Shown here: one piece after another, positions 26,250 through 40,647 of the stretch | Position numbering within the stretch: the stretch's first letter is position 1 | Layout of the letters: each line of letters opens with the position of its first letter | Source of the DNA: Mobula hypostoma | Taxonomy: Eukaryota | Direction: 5' to 3' | Length of the DNA stretch: 64,000 nucleotides | NCBI RefSeq assembly: GCF_963921235.1 | Contig: NC_086107.1 | Coordinates: forward strand, 115,074,001-115,138,000 | Notes under the pieces: model-generated | The model's input: only the letters and a program-made list of their open reading frames with translations | Databases searched by the model: none | Told to the model about the DNA's origin: nothing | Position numbers and translations under genes: made by a program

Positions 26250-29200
26250 CGCGTTTGAGATTGATTAACGGAAGCCAGGGGTAGACGCTGCCATCGCCGC
26301 CTGAATGGACAGACAGTTGATCTTGAGGCTTTATATCTTCGAGGTGTCAGACAGTGAAAACAAAGAAAAGAGAAACTCGAGGATATGTTTTGTTTTCCTT
26401 CTCTTCTTTATATCTGCTCAGGTAGGACTGTACAGATGCCAGACCGGATAGTGGAATGTTCCTCTCATGGGAGATGAGTCGGCAGGGAGACCTCCAGTGT
26501 CCCTGACGACTACAACTGTGAGAAGTTCATCCATCTGCAGCTTCCAGCAATCCGCATTAAGCATTTGGAGCTGGAACTAGACCACCGGATCATTCGGGAG
26601 GCTGAAGGGGAGATAGAAAGGTAGTCACACACAAGATGCAGGTACAAGAAACTGGGTAACAGTCAGGAAGGGGAGAGGGGTTAATAAGCCAGTACAGAGT
26701 ACCCCTGTGGCCATCCCCCTCAACAATAGGTATATCACTTTGGATACTCTCGGGTGCAATGACCTAACAGAGCAAAATCACAGTGGTTGGGTCTCTGGCG
26801 GGAAGTCTGGCTCTGTAACTCAGAAGGGAAACAGGGCGAAGAGGAACACTGTGGTGATAGGGATTCGTTGGTTAGGGGAACGGACAGAAGGTTTTGTGGG
26901 CGAGAGCGAAATACCCGGATGCTGTGTTGCCTCCCGGGTGCCAGGGCCAGGATATCTTGGATCCAATCCTCGACGTTTTTGAGAGGCAAGGTGAGCAGTC
27001 CGGGGTCGTGATCTATGTACACACCAATGACGTGGGGCTGAACAAGTGACGAGGTTCTGCTCAGCGAGTTCAGAGAGTTAAGTGCGAAGGTAAGGATAGG
27101 AACTCCAGGCTTGTGATCTCAGGATTGCTATCCGTGCCACGTGCTAGTGAGGCCTGAACTAGCAAGATTGTATAGTTTAGTGAGTGGCTAGGGAGTTGGT
27201 GTAGAAGAGAGGGTACAAGCTTTTGGATTATTCGGCTTCCTTGCGGGGAAGGTGGAACCTGGTACAGAAGGGACGGTTACATCTGAAATGGAGGGGGTCT
27301 GATATCTTAGCTGGATCCAGAATGCCGGAACAGTTAGTGGAGAGGTTGTGGAGGCAGATGGAGCCTAAGACCTTAGACAATGTCAGGAAGCGAAAGTTTG
27401 AGCATTGTGCGACTAGTGTCCTGAGCTGCTTATATTTCAATGCAAGAAGTGTTGTAGGAAAGCCGGATGAGCTCAGGGCATGGATAAACACCTGGAATTA
27501 TGACGTTGCTGCCATTAGTGAGACTTGGTTGCTGGAGAATCCGGACTGGCAGCTCAGTATTCCGGGGGTCTGTTGGTTTAGACGTGACAGAGCGGGAGGG
27601 ATTAAACGAGGAAGGGTGGCGTTACTAGTCAGGGAAAATGTCACGGCATTGTTCCGTTAGGGAAAACTGGAGAATTCGACTAGTGAGCCGTTATGGGTGG
27701 AACTGAGAAATAAGAAAGGAATGACCACGATAATGGGGGGTCAAGAAACATAACATTGTTATATGAGATGATTTTAACTTTCCGCAAATTGGAAGTTTCC
27801 TTCGTCCATACTTAGAAGTCCCAACGAAAGCGCGTGCAATACTGGATCTGCTATCAGGGGATGAGACAGGGCAGGTAGCAGAGGTTTGTGAAGGGGAACA
27901 CTTTGCATTCAGTGATCACAATGCCATTGGTTTCAAATTAAATATCCGAAGAGATAAGTCTGGTCTGCGGGCTGAGATGCTAAATTGGAGAAAGGCCAGT
28001 TTTGATGGTGTCAGAAAGAATCTCGCAGTGTGTATTGGGGCAGGCTGTTTTCTGGCAAAGGTGTCCTTGGTAAATGGGAGGCTTTCAAAGAGAAATTTTG
28101 AGAGTACAAAGCTTGTATGTGGCTGTCAAAATAAAAGGTAAAGATAACTAGTGTAGGAAAGCTTGGTTTTCAAGAGATATTGAAGCCCTAGTTAAGAGAA
28201 AATAGGAGGTGCGCCGCAGGTATGGACGAGTAGGAACTGCTTATGGTGTACAAAGAACGCAAGAGAACCCAAGATTGAAATAAGGAAGGCTAAAAGAAGG
28301 CATGGAGTTGCTTTTGCAGACAAGGTGTAGGAGAATCCTAAGAGATTCTACGGGTATGTTAAGAGTAAAATTGGTTCTCTGGAAGACCAGAATGGGGGGC
28401 CAAAAGTGATTGGGGATATCTTAACTGCATTATTTGTCTCTGTATTTACTCTGGAGACGAATGCAGAGCCTACAGAAAGTTGCATCAACTTCATAGACCC
28501 TGTGTAGTTTACAGAGGAGGGAATGTTGGCTACCCTGAGGCAAATCAAGATGGAAAATCCCCAGTGCCCGACAAGGTGTTCGCTCAGACCCAAGTGCAGA
28601 AATTGTCAGGGCCTTAACAGAGATAATTCAAACATCATTAGCGGCAGGAGAGGTACAGCAGGAAGAGAGGAAGCTAATGTTGTTCTGCTGTTTTAAAAAG
28701 GCTCTAAGCATAAACCAGGAAATTATAGGCCAGTGGGTTAATCGAAGGTATTCTAAGGGACCAGATATATCGGTATTTGGATAAACATAGACTGATTGAG
28801 GTTAGTCAACATGGCTTCGTGGGCGGTAGATCATGTCTATCCAATCTTACAGAGCTTTTCGAGGAAGTTATCAGGGAAGTGGATGAAGGCAAGGCAGTGG
28901 ATGTTGCCTATAGGGACTTTAGAAAGATATTTGACAAAGTCCGGCATGGGAGCTGGTTAAAGAGGTTCAGTTGCTCGGCTTTCAGGATGAGAGAAATTGG
29001 ATTATACTTTATACTTTATAATTCATACTTTATTGTCGCCAAACAATTGATACTAGAGCGTACAATCATCACAGCGATATTTGATTCTGCGCTTCGCGCT
29101 CCCTGGAGTACAAATCGATAGTAAATATTAAAAATTTAGATTATAAATCATAAATAGAAAATAGAAAAGGGAAAGTAAGGTAGTGCAAAAAAAAAACGAG

Positions 29201-30190
29201 AGGCAGGTCAGGATATTTGGAGGGTACGGCCTAGATCCGGGTCAGGATCCGTTCAGCAGTCTTATCACAGTTGGAAAGAAGCTGTTCCCAAATCTGGCCG
29301 TACGAGTCTTCAAGCTCCTGAGCCTTCTCCCGGAGGGAAGATGGACGAGAAGTGTGTTGGCTGGGTGGGTCGTGTCCTTGATTATCCTGGCAGCACTGAC
29401 ATTGGCTTTGTGGGGGAAGCCGGAGAGTGGTAGCAGAGGATTGCCTCTCTGACTGAAGGCCTGTGACTAGCGGTGAGCTACAGGGATCGATGCCGGGCCC
29501 GTTGTTGTCTGGCATTTATATCAGTGATATGGATGATAATGTGGTTAACTGGATCAGCAAATTTGCGGATGAGAACAAGAATGGTGCTGGAGTGGTCCGT
29601 GAGGAAAGCTAACATTGCTTGCAGCGGGATCTGCATCAGCTGGAAAAATTGCCTTAAAATGGCAGATGGAATTTAATGCAGATAAGCGCGATGTTTTGCA
29701 CCGGTAGGACCAGCCAGGGTAGGTCTTACACAGTGAATGTAGGGCACTGAGGAGTGTGGTAGAACAACGGGATCTGGGAATGCAGGTACATAATTCGTTG
29801 ACTATATTCTTTAGAACTGGAAGATTGAGAGGAGATTTGGTAGTGGTATACAGAATTATGAGGGATATGGATAGGGTAACTGAAAGCAGGCTTTTTCCAG
29901 CGAGGTTGGGTGTGACTACAACCAGAGGTCGTGGCTTGGGGGTGAAAAGTGAAACGTTGGAGGGCAAGATGAGGGAAAACTTCTTCACTCAGAGTGTTGT
30001 GAGAGTGTGGAATGAACTGCGAGCCTGAGAGGTCCACGCAATTTCGATTTCAACGTTTAAGAGGGTTTGATAGGTACATGGATAGTAGGGATATGGAGGG
30101 CTATTTGTCAGGTGCAGGTCCAGGAGTAAGCAGATTGAATGGTATCGGCATGCATTTGATGGGCTGTACTTCTCTATAACTCTATGATTC
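26250..30190 (+). mobile_element. Near full-length but heavily decayed CR1 LINE
   Basis: ORF1 esterase remnants (AIPLNNRY..VVIG..CCLPGAR), endonuclease (YFNARS..ISETWL) and RT (QHGFVGGRSCLSNL). Interrupted at ~29003-29398 by a Rex-like 3' fragment (-). Confidence 0.85.
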
Positions 30191-30499
30191 AAGGTAACGG
30201 AAGAGTATGGAATAGAGGGAGGAGGAGGGGGGGGGGGGAGGGAGCCCGTGAGAAGAGTGTGTGGATGACACAACTCTTGACGAAGGGTCTCGGCCCGAAA
30301 CGCCGACTGTACCTCTTCCTGGAGATGATGCGTGGTGCTTGAATTTGTGATTTCTAGTCAACATTCCCACCTAGCGGTATGGTGTCGCAATGATAGGACC
30401 CCTCGATGTACTGACCCAGAAGCGTTTCAGTGACTCTTAGATAGAGACATGGATATTCAGAGACCCAAGTGATACAGTGGAACACGTTTAAAACCTGGA

Positions 30500-31900
30500 G
30501 GAATTCAGCAGGTCGGGTAGCATAGAAAACTTTGACAGATTTCTATGCATGCACAGTGGAGAATATCCTGACTGGTTGCATCACGGCCTGATATGGAAAC
30601 GCCAATGGCCAGGAACGGACAAAGCTGCTGAAAGTGGTGGATACAGCCCAATGCAAAGCAGGCAGACTCTACTCCACCAATGACTATACTTACACAGAGT
30701 ACAGCATCCATCGTCAAAGAACCGCACGATTCAGGCCGTGCTCTCTTCTCGCTGCCGCCATCAGGAAGGAGGTACCGGAGCTTTAGGTCCCACAACACCA
30801 GGTTCAGGGTCGAGCGGCGTGGATAACTTCACTCACCTCGGCTCTGGACTGATTCCACAACCTACAGACTCGTTCTCAAGGCTCGTCAACTCATGTTTTC
30901 AGTATTAGTTTCATTTACACGGTTTGTCTTCTTTTCCACTATGATTGTTTGTCAATCTTTGTTCGTGTACACTATTTTATTGTATTTCTCCTTTTATTTC
31001 CTGTAAATAACTGCAAGCAAGTGAAACTCCAGAGGTAACATACTGGATATGTACATTGGTAACAATTTTACTTTGGACTGAGTTTTGATCTATGTCGGCT
31101 CGTTAGACGTTTGAATACTGACTTCGAACAACAAAGAGGGCCAGGGACGGGGCGGGGGCGGGGTGGGTGGTGTGGGGCTGGTGGGAAGCTCTGTAGCAGT
31201 AGGGGCTTTCCCTAACACAGTTTGTCGCCAGACGCAAGAGGTCTTACAGAGCTTGCGACAAGACACCACTGGGTGTCAGTGTTGTGTACAGATCGCAGCT
31301 AAGAATTCAGAATTCAAATTCATAATCAGGTTTATAATTACTGAGATATGTCAAGAAATTTGGTATTTTTCGACAGAAGTACAGAGGAAGACATAAAGCA
31401 GTGTTGACCAGCACATCATCCTCAATCGATTTCTGGTCCAGGGGTGTCGCGACAGCAACATTTCAGTCACCGTCAGCGGCACCAGAGACCTGATAATGGA
31501 CTTCAGGAATGGGAGATTGGGAGAACACTGCCCAGTCCTCTTCGAGGAATCTGCAGTGGAAAGGGTGAGCAGCTTCAAGATCCTGGACGTCAGTATCTCA
31601 GGAGGTCTAAGGCCCAACACATTACTGTGATCATGAAGAAGGCACGACAGCAGCTGTACTTCACTAGGAGTTTGAGCATAATCAATAAGGCATCAGGGAC
31701 TAGCAAATTTCTGCAGATGTACAATAGAGAGCGTTGTCATTAGTTGCATCACTGCCTGGTATAGATGCGCCAATGCACAGGAATGCTCGAGATTGCAGGG
31801 GACCGTAAACTCATCCAGCTCCATCACGGATACAAACCTCCGTTCCACCAGCGTAAGCTTGAAAAGCCTCAGGTAGGCGGCATCCATCATTAGAGGCGCC
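30500..31900 (+). mobile_element. Two Rex1/Babar-like LINE 3' fragments (~30500-31080, ~31400-31900)
   Basis: Translations like DLIMDFR..AVERVSSFKIL..KKARQQLYF..CTIESV..CITAWY match the Rex/Babar C-terminal region. Confidence 0.65.
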
Positions 31901-32019
31901 CTCACCAACCGCGGACTGAGATTGGGCGGGGGGCTCGGACTGAGAGAAGAAGTGGGTTCAACTGGAGACAGTTGCACGGTGGGGCACCTAATACAGACAT
32001 ACATACCGACGCGCCCCCT

Positions 32020-32032
32020 CACACACACAGAT

Positions 32033-32078
<46 letters not shown>
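32020..32078. repeat. (CA)n microsatellite
   Basis: Seen directly. Confidence 0.95.
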
Positions 32079-32081
<3 letters not shown>

Positions 32082-32084
32082 CAT

Positions 32085-33147
32085 GATTAGAGCATTGGCT
32101 GATTGGTAGGAGGCAGCGAGTGGGAATAAAAGGATCCTTTTCTGGTTGGCTGCCAGTGACTAGTGGTGTTCCACAGGGGTCATGTTACGACCACTTCTTT
32201 TTATGCTGTATATAAATGGTTGAGATGATGCCTTTGTTGCTAAGTTTGCAGATGATACGAAGATTTGTGGGGGGCAAGTCAAGTAGTGTTGAGGAAACAG
32301 GTAGAATGCAGTGGGACGTAGGGACGTACAATTTTGGAAAATGCATGCTCATGCATTTTGGACGTAGAAATAAATTTGCGGACTATTTTCTAAACAGGGA
32401 GAAAATCCAGGAATCTGAGATGCAAAGGGACTTGGGAGTCGTTGTGCAGAACACCCTGAAGATTAATTTGCAGGTGGAGTCGGTGGTGAGGAAGGCAAAT
32501 CCCATGTTAGCATTCATTTCAAGAGGTCTAAAGAGCAAGGGTGTGATGCTGCGGTTTTTTAAGGCACCGGTGAGACCTCACCTTGAGTATTGTGAAAGGT
32601 TTTGGGCCCCTCATCTTCGAAAAGATGTGATGACATTGGAGAGGGTCCAGAGGAGGTTCACAATGATGATTCTGGGAATGAAATCTTTATCATACGAGCA
32701 ACGTTTGATGGCTCTGGGTATGTACTCGCCGGAATTCAGAAGAATGAGGAGGAATCTCATTGAAACTTATTCAATGTTGAAAGGCCTAGACAGAGTAGAT
32801 GGGGAAAGGATGTTTCCCATGGTGGGAGAGTCTGGGAGAAAGAGGCACCATTTCAGGACAGGCGGGCGCCCTTTCAAAGCAGCGATGCGGTGAAATTTCT
32901 TTAGCCAAAATGTGGTGAATTTGTCGAATTTGTTACTAAAGGCAGCTGTGGAGGCCAGGTCATTGAGCGTATTTAAGGCAGAGTTTAATAGGTTCATGAT
33001 TGGACATGGCATCAAAGGTTACGGAAGAAGGCTGGGAAGTGGGGTTTGGGAGGAGAAAAAAAGGATCAATCATGATTGAATAGCGGAACAGGCTCGATAG
33101 GCCAGATGGCCCAATTCTGCTCCTATGTCTTATGGTCTTATGGTCTA
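32085..33147 (+). mobile_element. 5'-truncated CR1 LINE
   Basis: SGVPQG, KFADDTK and VRPHLEYC motifs, plus a (CTTATGGT)n tail at ~33130-33147. Confidence 0.85.
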
Positions 33148-33234
33148 ATTCCACTCCGCTATTTCATCATGGCTGATCCCGGATCCCACTCAACCCCACA
33201 CACCTGACCTGTCATCATATTCGTTGATGCCCTG

Positions 33235-34067
33235 TGTTACATACCTCGTGGGTATCTTCTGACTGTCTTATGACCATGATGTAATTGAGTATCTTGTGAG
33301 CATGATGTAATGGTCTTGTGATGGTGGAGTGATGTAATTTTCCCGCCAGTGTGAGGTCACGTGATGGGATGTTCCCTTCAGGTATATAAAGGGAAACCCC
33401 TATTGTCATGCAGTTTAGTTCGTCAGTTACGTCGTTATGCTGTGTATTCCTCTCATGACGCAGTTTCGTTTTAAAGTGGAGTTTTACTTTCTATTGTAAG
33501 GTAAAATCGTTGTGCCAGTAGTTTCGCCAATCACTGCCAGTTTTTGAGTGTGGCACCTTTTATTTACCTTTACAGTCTAGTATTGGAGAGTGAAGACCTT
33601 ACTAAAGTATGGAAACCTGAAGGATTGAGTAAAGTTGGTGTCGTTTGGCGGCTTTATAAAGGATCGACCTTATTGAATCTTCTTTCAGGAATAGTGGCCT
33701 GCATCTGAGATTACCCCTGCAAGATCAGAAAGGTTTGTGCAGTGTTCATCATTCAGGAAAAAGGTCAGTTCCTTTAAGCTGTTTAATTTCCTTCGTCGTG
33801 AATCCTTTGCACGGAATCAGCAGTAACGTCACGTATTCAAAGACATCCGTTTCCGGAGAAATCTCTCCTTAATGACTATGTAAATCACTCGGACTTTTAA
33901 ATTTATCATTTTAAGAACTGTTCCAGAATTGCCGTATAGCAGTTAACTTCCGGTTAAGTTAGTCGTTTGAATACTTTTCGCTATTGTTGAGCAGAGTTTA
34001 ATAAATGTTTATGTTTGTTTATAAAACCTGACTCAATTATATACTCATTGTTGCTGATGACGTAACA
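33235..34067 (+). mobile_element. Solo LTR (833 bp)
   Basis: TGTTAC..GTAACA termini, 4-bp TSD CCTG (33231-34 / 34068-71), TATATAAA at ~33383 and AATAAA at ~34000. Confidence 0.9.
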
Positions 34068-37000
34068 CCTGACCGAGCAGGAACCGATCATCTTCTGCTT
34101 TGAATATACCCACGAACTTGGCCTCCACCGCAGTCTGTGCCAGAGAATTCCACAGATTCACCACCCTTTGGCTAGACTAATTCCTCCTGTCTTCTGCTCT
34201 AAAAGTTTGCCCCTCAATTTTGAGGCTGTGCCCTTTAGTTCTGGATACCTCCACCGGAGAAAACATCCTCTTCACATCCACCTTATTTAGTCCTTTAAAC
34301 ATCCGGTAGGTTTCAATGAGATCCCCACGCATTCTTCTAAATTCCAGTGAGTACAGGCCCAACGTTGCCAGACGCTGTCATATGTTAACCCCTTCATTCC
34401 CGGAATCATCCTCACGAAACTCTTCTGGACTCTCTCCAATGACAATGCATTCTTTCTGAGATAAAGGGCCCAGAACTGTTGACAATACTCCAAATGTGGC
34501 CTGACTCATGTCTTATAAAGCTTCAGCATTATCTCCTTGTTTTTAAATTCTAATCTCCTTGAAATAAATGCCGATATTACATCTGCCTTCTTTACCATAG
34601 ATTCAACCTTTGAATTAACCTTTTGGGGGGCTTGCACGAGGACTCCCAAGTCCTTTTTCTTCAAAGAATTCCTGCAGATTGGTCAGGCAAGATTTTCCCT
34701 AACTACAGCCTTTTTATCATGTGTCTCCAAATACTCTGAGACCTCCTCCTTAAAAATAGACTCTAATGTCTTCCCAACCACTGAGGTCAGACTAATTGGC
34801 CTATAGTTTCCATTCTTCTGGAATCTAGATCATTACTAATACCTCCACGATCTCTTCAGCCTCCTCTTTCTGAACTCTGGGTTGTACACCATCTGGTCCA
34901 GGTAACTTATCTACCTCGTACCTTTCAGTTTCCCAACAACCTCCTCTCTAGTTATAGTAACTTCACATCCTTCATGCCCCGACACCCGAAACTTCCGTCA
35001 CACTGCTAGTGTCTCCCACAATGAAGACTGATACAAAATACTTATTCAGCTTGTCTGCTATTTCGTTGTCCCCCATTACTACCTCTCTAGCATCGTTTTC
35101 CAGCGGACTAGTATCCACTTTTTTTTTACACTTTATGTATCTGAAGAAACTTTTGGTATCGTCTTTAATATTATTGGCTAGCTTACCTTTGTATTCCATC
35201 CTTACATTCTTTTTTAAACAATACTTTTATTGAATTTTACATCTATTTCACATATACAAATAAACAATAATAATAATTAAACTAATTAGCGAAACGTCCT
35301 CATGTTTTTCACAATCATCGAAGGAAAAGAAATATAACATTTCACAGACTTCACATTATTAACAAAGAAATAAAATAAAAACACATCAGAACAAAAAACC
35401 GTAGAAGCACTCGACAACACAGCTTTTTCAAAATGACTGTGCACCTTGGCGTCCTAGAAACTCCAATAAAGGTTTCCACACATTTTCAAATTCTCCTGCC
35501 CTTCCTCTGGTTATGTAAGTCAGTCTCTCCAATACAATACAAGATGCCATCTCCTTCACCCATACATGTATCGAAGGTATATCCATTTTTCTCTAAGATA
35601 AAGCTATCATCCTCCTGGCCTGCAGGAGGTCAAAGTCAATTAAAATCGACTGTTTTGAACGAACAGTAAAGTTCTTTGTATATATACCTAGTGCACACAT
35701 TTTTGCTTGGTGAGGCACCTTTACTCCAACAATCTCAGTTATAGTCTGAACAACTATTTTCAAGTATTTTTTAAAAAGTTTGGACAGTCTCATACACAGT
35801 GAAACAGCGTACCTTTTTCTTCTAAGCATTTAACACAAGTGTCCGGGATGTCAGGGGACCAACTGTTCAGTTTGGCCGGGGTAATATTAAGTGCTCAGTA
35901 ACCATTTGTGTTGTAATAGCTTCATTTTCGTATTAATTGATTGTTTTGGGGCTTTTAAGCATGCATTTCCCACTCAGTTTCTTGTATGTCCTCTTGAACA
36001 TCCAGTCTCCTTGTCTGTAGCCTGTCATATGACATCAAAGCTGTATAGAATAAAGAAATCTGACTACTCCCGTTTAGGTTTAGAAGTATGAGATTTTCAA
36101 AATGTGATCGTGGTGGTTCAGATATTAAATGCTTATATTTTGATAGTATCAAATATTTCAGTTGCAAATATTTTAAAAAAGTGTTTTTTAGGAATATGGT
36201 ATGACTGACACAATTGATCAAACGTAATAAGATTACCATTCATATAAAGGTCCTCTATTTTCTGCACACCCTTGTCTGCCCAGATTCTGAAACCACCATC
36301 TGCTCTTCCTGCCCTGAAGTATGTATTGCCCCATATTGGGGAGAAGCGAGAAATGGGAGGAGTATCTTTAATATGTTGATGTGCTTTATACCAGATGTCA
36401 ACAGCATTTTTAAGGAAGGGGTTCTCGGTTGTTCTTTTCAGACTTCTTGGGTCTGCAGAGTATAGATAAAGCTTTAATGGGCGGTTTGGTACTGATGCCT
36501 GTTCAATATTCACCCAGGCTGGAAGGGCCTCCATTGAGAAACAAAACATTGCAGAACGTAACTGAGCAGACCAATAATACCATTTCAGGTTCGGGAGCCG
36601 TAGCCCTCCCCTTCCATAAGGCAGGTATAGCAGCCCAAGTCTCAGTCTAGATTTTTTATTACTCCAAATGACATTACTAAAAACACTGCTAAGTTTATCA
36701 AAAATTATTTTGGTAGTGGGAGAGGAAGTGATTGAAAAAAGTATAGAAATGTTGGTAATATATTCATTTTGATCATGTTTATACGGCCAATTATTGATAT
36801 GGGCATTGTTATCCATCGATCCAACGTCTCCTTCATTTCACCCACTAGTGGGTCATAGTTCGTTGGGACGATCGTTTTAACTTCAGGGGTAATTTCGACA
36901 CTAAGGTAGGTAAATCCTTCCTTTGCATTTATAAATGGGGTTTTATGACTAGTTTCAATCTTTCTTCTTTGTTCAAAAATAGTATTGATGATTTTGAGTT

Positions 37001-38485
37001 GTCAATGTTATAACCAGAGAACTGCCCAAACAATTCAATCTGTTGCATTGTTTGGAATACTGACGGATAAATTTGTTTAAAAAAACAATCACGTCGTCAG
37101 CATATAAGGATATTCTGTGTTCCTGTTCTCCCAGCTGGATGCCCAACAGGCCTGTCTGCGTTCTTATTGCCATAGCCAGGGGTTCGATGGCCAGTATAAA
37201 CAACATCGGTGACAAAGGACATCCCTGGCGAGTAGATCGCTCCAAGATGACTGGTTTAGAAACTATACTATTTGTTAAGACATTGGCTATTGGATTTGTA
37301 TATAAAATTTGAATCCATTTAAGGAAGTTCTATCCAAATTCAAATCTAGGCAATACATTAAATAAATATGGCCATTCTATTCTATCGAAGGCCTGCCGAG
37401 CATCCGGTGATCATACTGCTATATCTTTAGCGTCAAATTTTTCATGAATTATGATAAAACCGCTTCTAATATTATGGAATCCTTGGCGTTTTTTGCACAA
37501 AACCAGTCTGATCATTATGAACTAGATGTGTGATATAAGGATCTAATCAGGCTTAACGAAGTATTTTTGTGCCCGATCCAATTAGACTTATTGGTCTAAA
37601 TGAGGAACATTCTGTAGGCGGTTTGCCTGGTTTCAAGATCAACGTTATCACTGCCAGCCTTAAAGTGGGTGGCAGAGTTCCATTCCGATGCGATTCGTCA
37701 TACATATTTAAGAGTGGGACTAGTGATTTTTCTTGAAATGTTTTGTAGAATTCAATTGGTAGTCGTCAGGCCCTGGGGCTTTACCACTGTTAATATTTTG
37801 GATAACCTGTGATAACTCTTCAATTGCCATACTTCTATCTAACTCCTTTTTTGCATCTTCTGTCAGTGTCTGGAATTGAAACTGATCAAGAAATATGTCC
37901 CGTTCTTCTAAGGCTTGGGGGCATTCTGATCTATATAAATGTTCATAAAATTCTCTAAAACTGTTATTAATCCCCGATGGATCTACTGTTAGGCTTTCTG
38001 AAGAGGTTATTGTACTGTTAATTGCTCGATCAGACTGTATTTTTTAATTCTCCATGCCAAAAGTTTCCCAGCTTCTTCTCCTTGATCGTAGTAAGATTGT
38101 TTCAGCTACATTAAACTTTTTGCAGCTTTATCAGCAGATAATTTATTATATTTGGCTCTCAAAAGTAGCAGATCTCTTTGTTTTGTTGGATCATCCCTTT
38201 CATTTCGTTCTATCTCTAAAGATTTAATTTGTTTTTCCAAAGTTTCCATCTCTATTTTTTTGTTGCTTGGCCTTGGAGCTTGTATAACTGATGATTTCTC
38301 CTCTAATATATGCCTTGAATGCCTCCCATCTCGTGCTGGCACTAGTTTGATCTGTATTTAACTCAAAATAACTATCTATTTTAGTTCCCACAAATTTAAC
38401 GAAGTCTGGGTTTTGCAGCCATCTCACCTGAAATCCCCATTTAGGGGGACTGTGAATACATTTCTCTATATGAATACTTAATGAA

Positions 38486-40647
38486 ACATAGAAACATAGA
38501 AAATAGGTGCAGGAGTAGGCCATTCGGCCCTTCGAGCCTGCACCGCCATTTATTATGATCATGGCTGATCATCCAACTCAGAACCCAGCCTTCCCTCCAT
38601 ACCCCCTGACCCCTGTAGCCACAAGGGCCATATCTAACTTCCTTTTAAACATAGCTAATGAACTGGCCTCAACAGTTTGCTGTGGCAGAGAATTCCACAG
38701 ATTCACCACTCTCTGTGTGAAGAAGTTTTTCCTAACCTCGGTCCTAAAAGGCTTCCCCTCTATCCTCAAACTGTGACCCCTCGTTCTAGACCTCCCCAAC
38801 ATCGGGAACAATCTTCCTGCATCTAGCCTGTCCAATCCCTTTAGGATCTTATACGTTTCAATCAGATCCCCCCTCAATCTTCTAAATTCCAACGAGTACA
38901 AGCCCAGTTCATCCAGTCTTTCTTCATATGAAAGACCTGCCATCCCAGGAATCAATCTGGTGAACCTTCTTTGTACTCCCTCTATGGCAAAGATGTCTTT
39001 CCTCAGATTAGGGGACCAAAACTGCACACAATACTCCAGGTGTGGTCTCACCAAGGCCTTGTACAACTGCAGTAGTACCTCCCTGCTCCTGTACTCGAAT
39101 CCTCTCGCTATAAATGCCAGCATACCGTTCGCCTTTTTCACCGCCTGCTGTACCTGCATGCCCACTTTCAATGACTGGTGTATAATGACACCCAGGTCTC
39201 GTTGCACCTCCCCTTTTCCTAATCGGCCACCATTCAGATAATAATCTGTTTTCCTATTTTTGCCACCAAAGTGGATAACTTCACATTTATCCACATTAAA
39301 TTGCATCTGCCATGAGTTTGCCCACTCACCCAACCTATCCAAGTCACCCTGCATCCTCTTAGCATCCTCCTCACTGCTAACACTGCCACCCAGCTTCGTG
39401 TCATCCGCAAACTTGGAGATGCTGCATTTAATTCCCTCATCCAAGTCATTAATATATATTGTAAACAACTGGGGTCCCAGCACTGAGCCTTGCGGTACCC
39501 CACTAGTCACCGCCTGCCATTCTGAAAAGGTCCCGTTTATTCCCACTCTTTGCTTCCTGTCTGCTAACCAATTCTCCACCCACACCAATACCTTACCCCC
39601 AATACCGTGTGCTTTAAGTTTGCACACTAATCTCCTATGTGGGACCTTGTCAAAAGCCTTTTGAAAATCCAAATATACCACATCCACTGGTTCTCCCCTA
39701 TCCACTCTACTAGTTACATCCTCAAAAAATTCTATGAGATTCGTCAGACATGATTTTCCTTTCACAAATCCATGCTGACTTTGTCCGATCATTTCACCGC
39801 TTTCCAAATGTGCTGTTATCACATCCTTGATAACTGACTCCAGCAGTTTCCCCACCACCGACGTTAGGCTAACCGGCCTATAATTCCCCGGTTTCTCTCT
39901 CCCTCCTTTTTTAAAAAGTGGGGTTACATTAGCCACCCTCCAATCCTCAGGAACTAGTCCAGAATCTAACGAGTTTTGAAAAATTATCACTAATGCATCC
40001 ACTATTTCTTGGGCCACTTCCTTAAGCACTCTGGGATGCAGACCATCTGGCCCTGGGGATTTATCTGCCTTCAATCCCTTCAATTTACCTAACACCACTT
40101 CCCTACTAACATGTATTTCGCTCAGTTCCTCCATCTCACTGGACCCTCTGTCCCTTACTATTTCTGGAAGATTATTTATGTCCTCCTTAGTGAAGACAGA
40201 ACCAAAGTAATTATTCAATTGGTCTGCCATGTCCTTGCTCCCCATAATCAATTCACCTGTTTCTGTTTGCAGGGGACCTACATTTGTCTTTATCAGTCTT
40301 TTCCTTTTTACATATCTATAAAAGCTTTTACAGTCCGTTTTTATGTTCTCTGCCAGTTTTCTCTCATAATCTTTTTTCCCCTTCCTAATTAAGCCCTTTG
40401 TCCTCCTCTGCTGAACTCTGAATTTCTCCCAGTCCTCAGGTGAGCCACTTTCTCTGGCTAATTTGTATGCTACTTCTTTGGAATTGATACTATCCCTAAT
40501 TTCTCTTGTCAGCCACGGGTGCACTACCTTCCTTGATTTATTCTTTTGCCAAACTGGGATGAACAATTGTTGTAGTTCATCCATGCAACCTTTAAATGCC
40601 TGCCATTGCATATCCACCGTCAATCCTTGAAGTGTCATTTGCCAGTC
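38486..40647 (-). mobile_element. Young 5'-truncated CR1 with an uninterrupted ~690-codon RT reading frame
   Basis: ORF 38578-40662 has [21 protein letters not shown] and KFADDTKLGG with no stops. (TTTCTATG)n tail; 5-bp TSD ATGAA (38481-85 / 40648-52). Removing it restores the L1 frame SDHAASS|LSIHIEK. Confidence 0.95.

Noticed and set aside
30275..30310. Another hammerhead motif
   Set aside because: The core is mutated (TTGACGA, and GCC at the cleavage triplet), so it is likely an inactive Penelope remnant.
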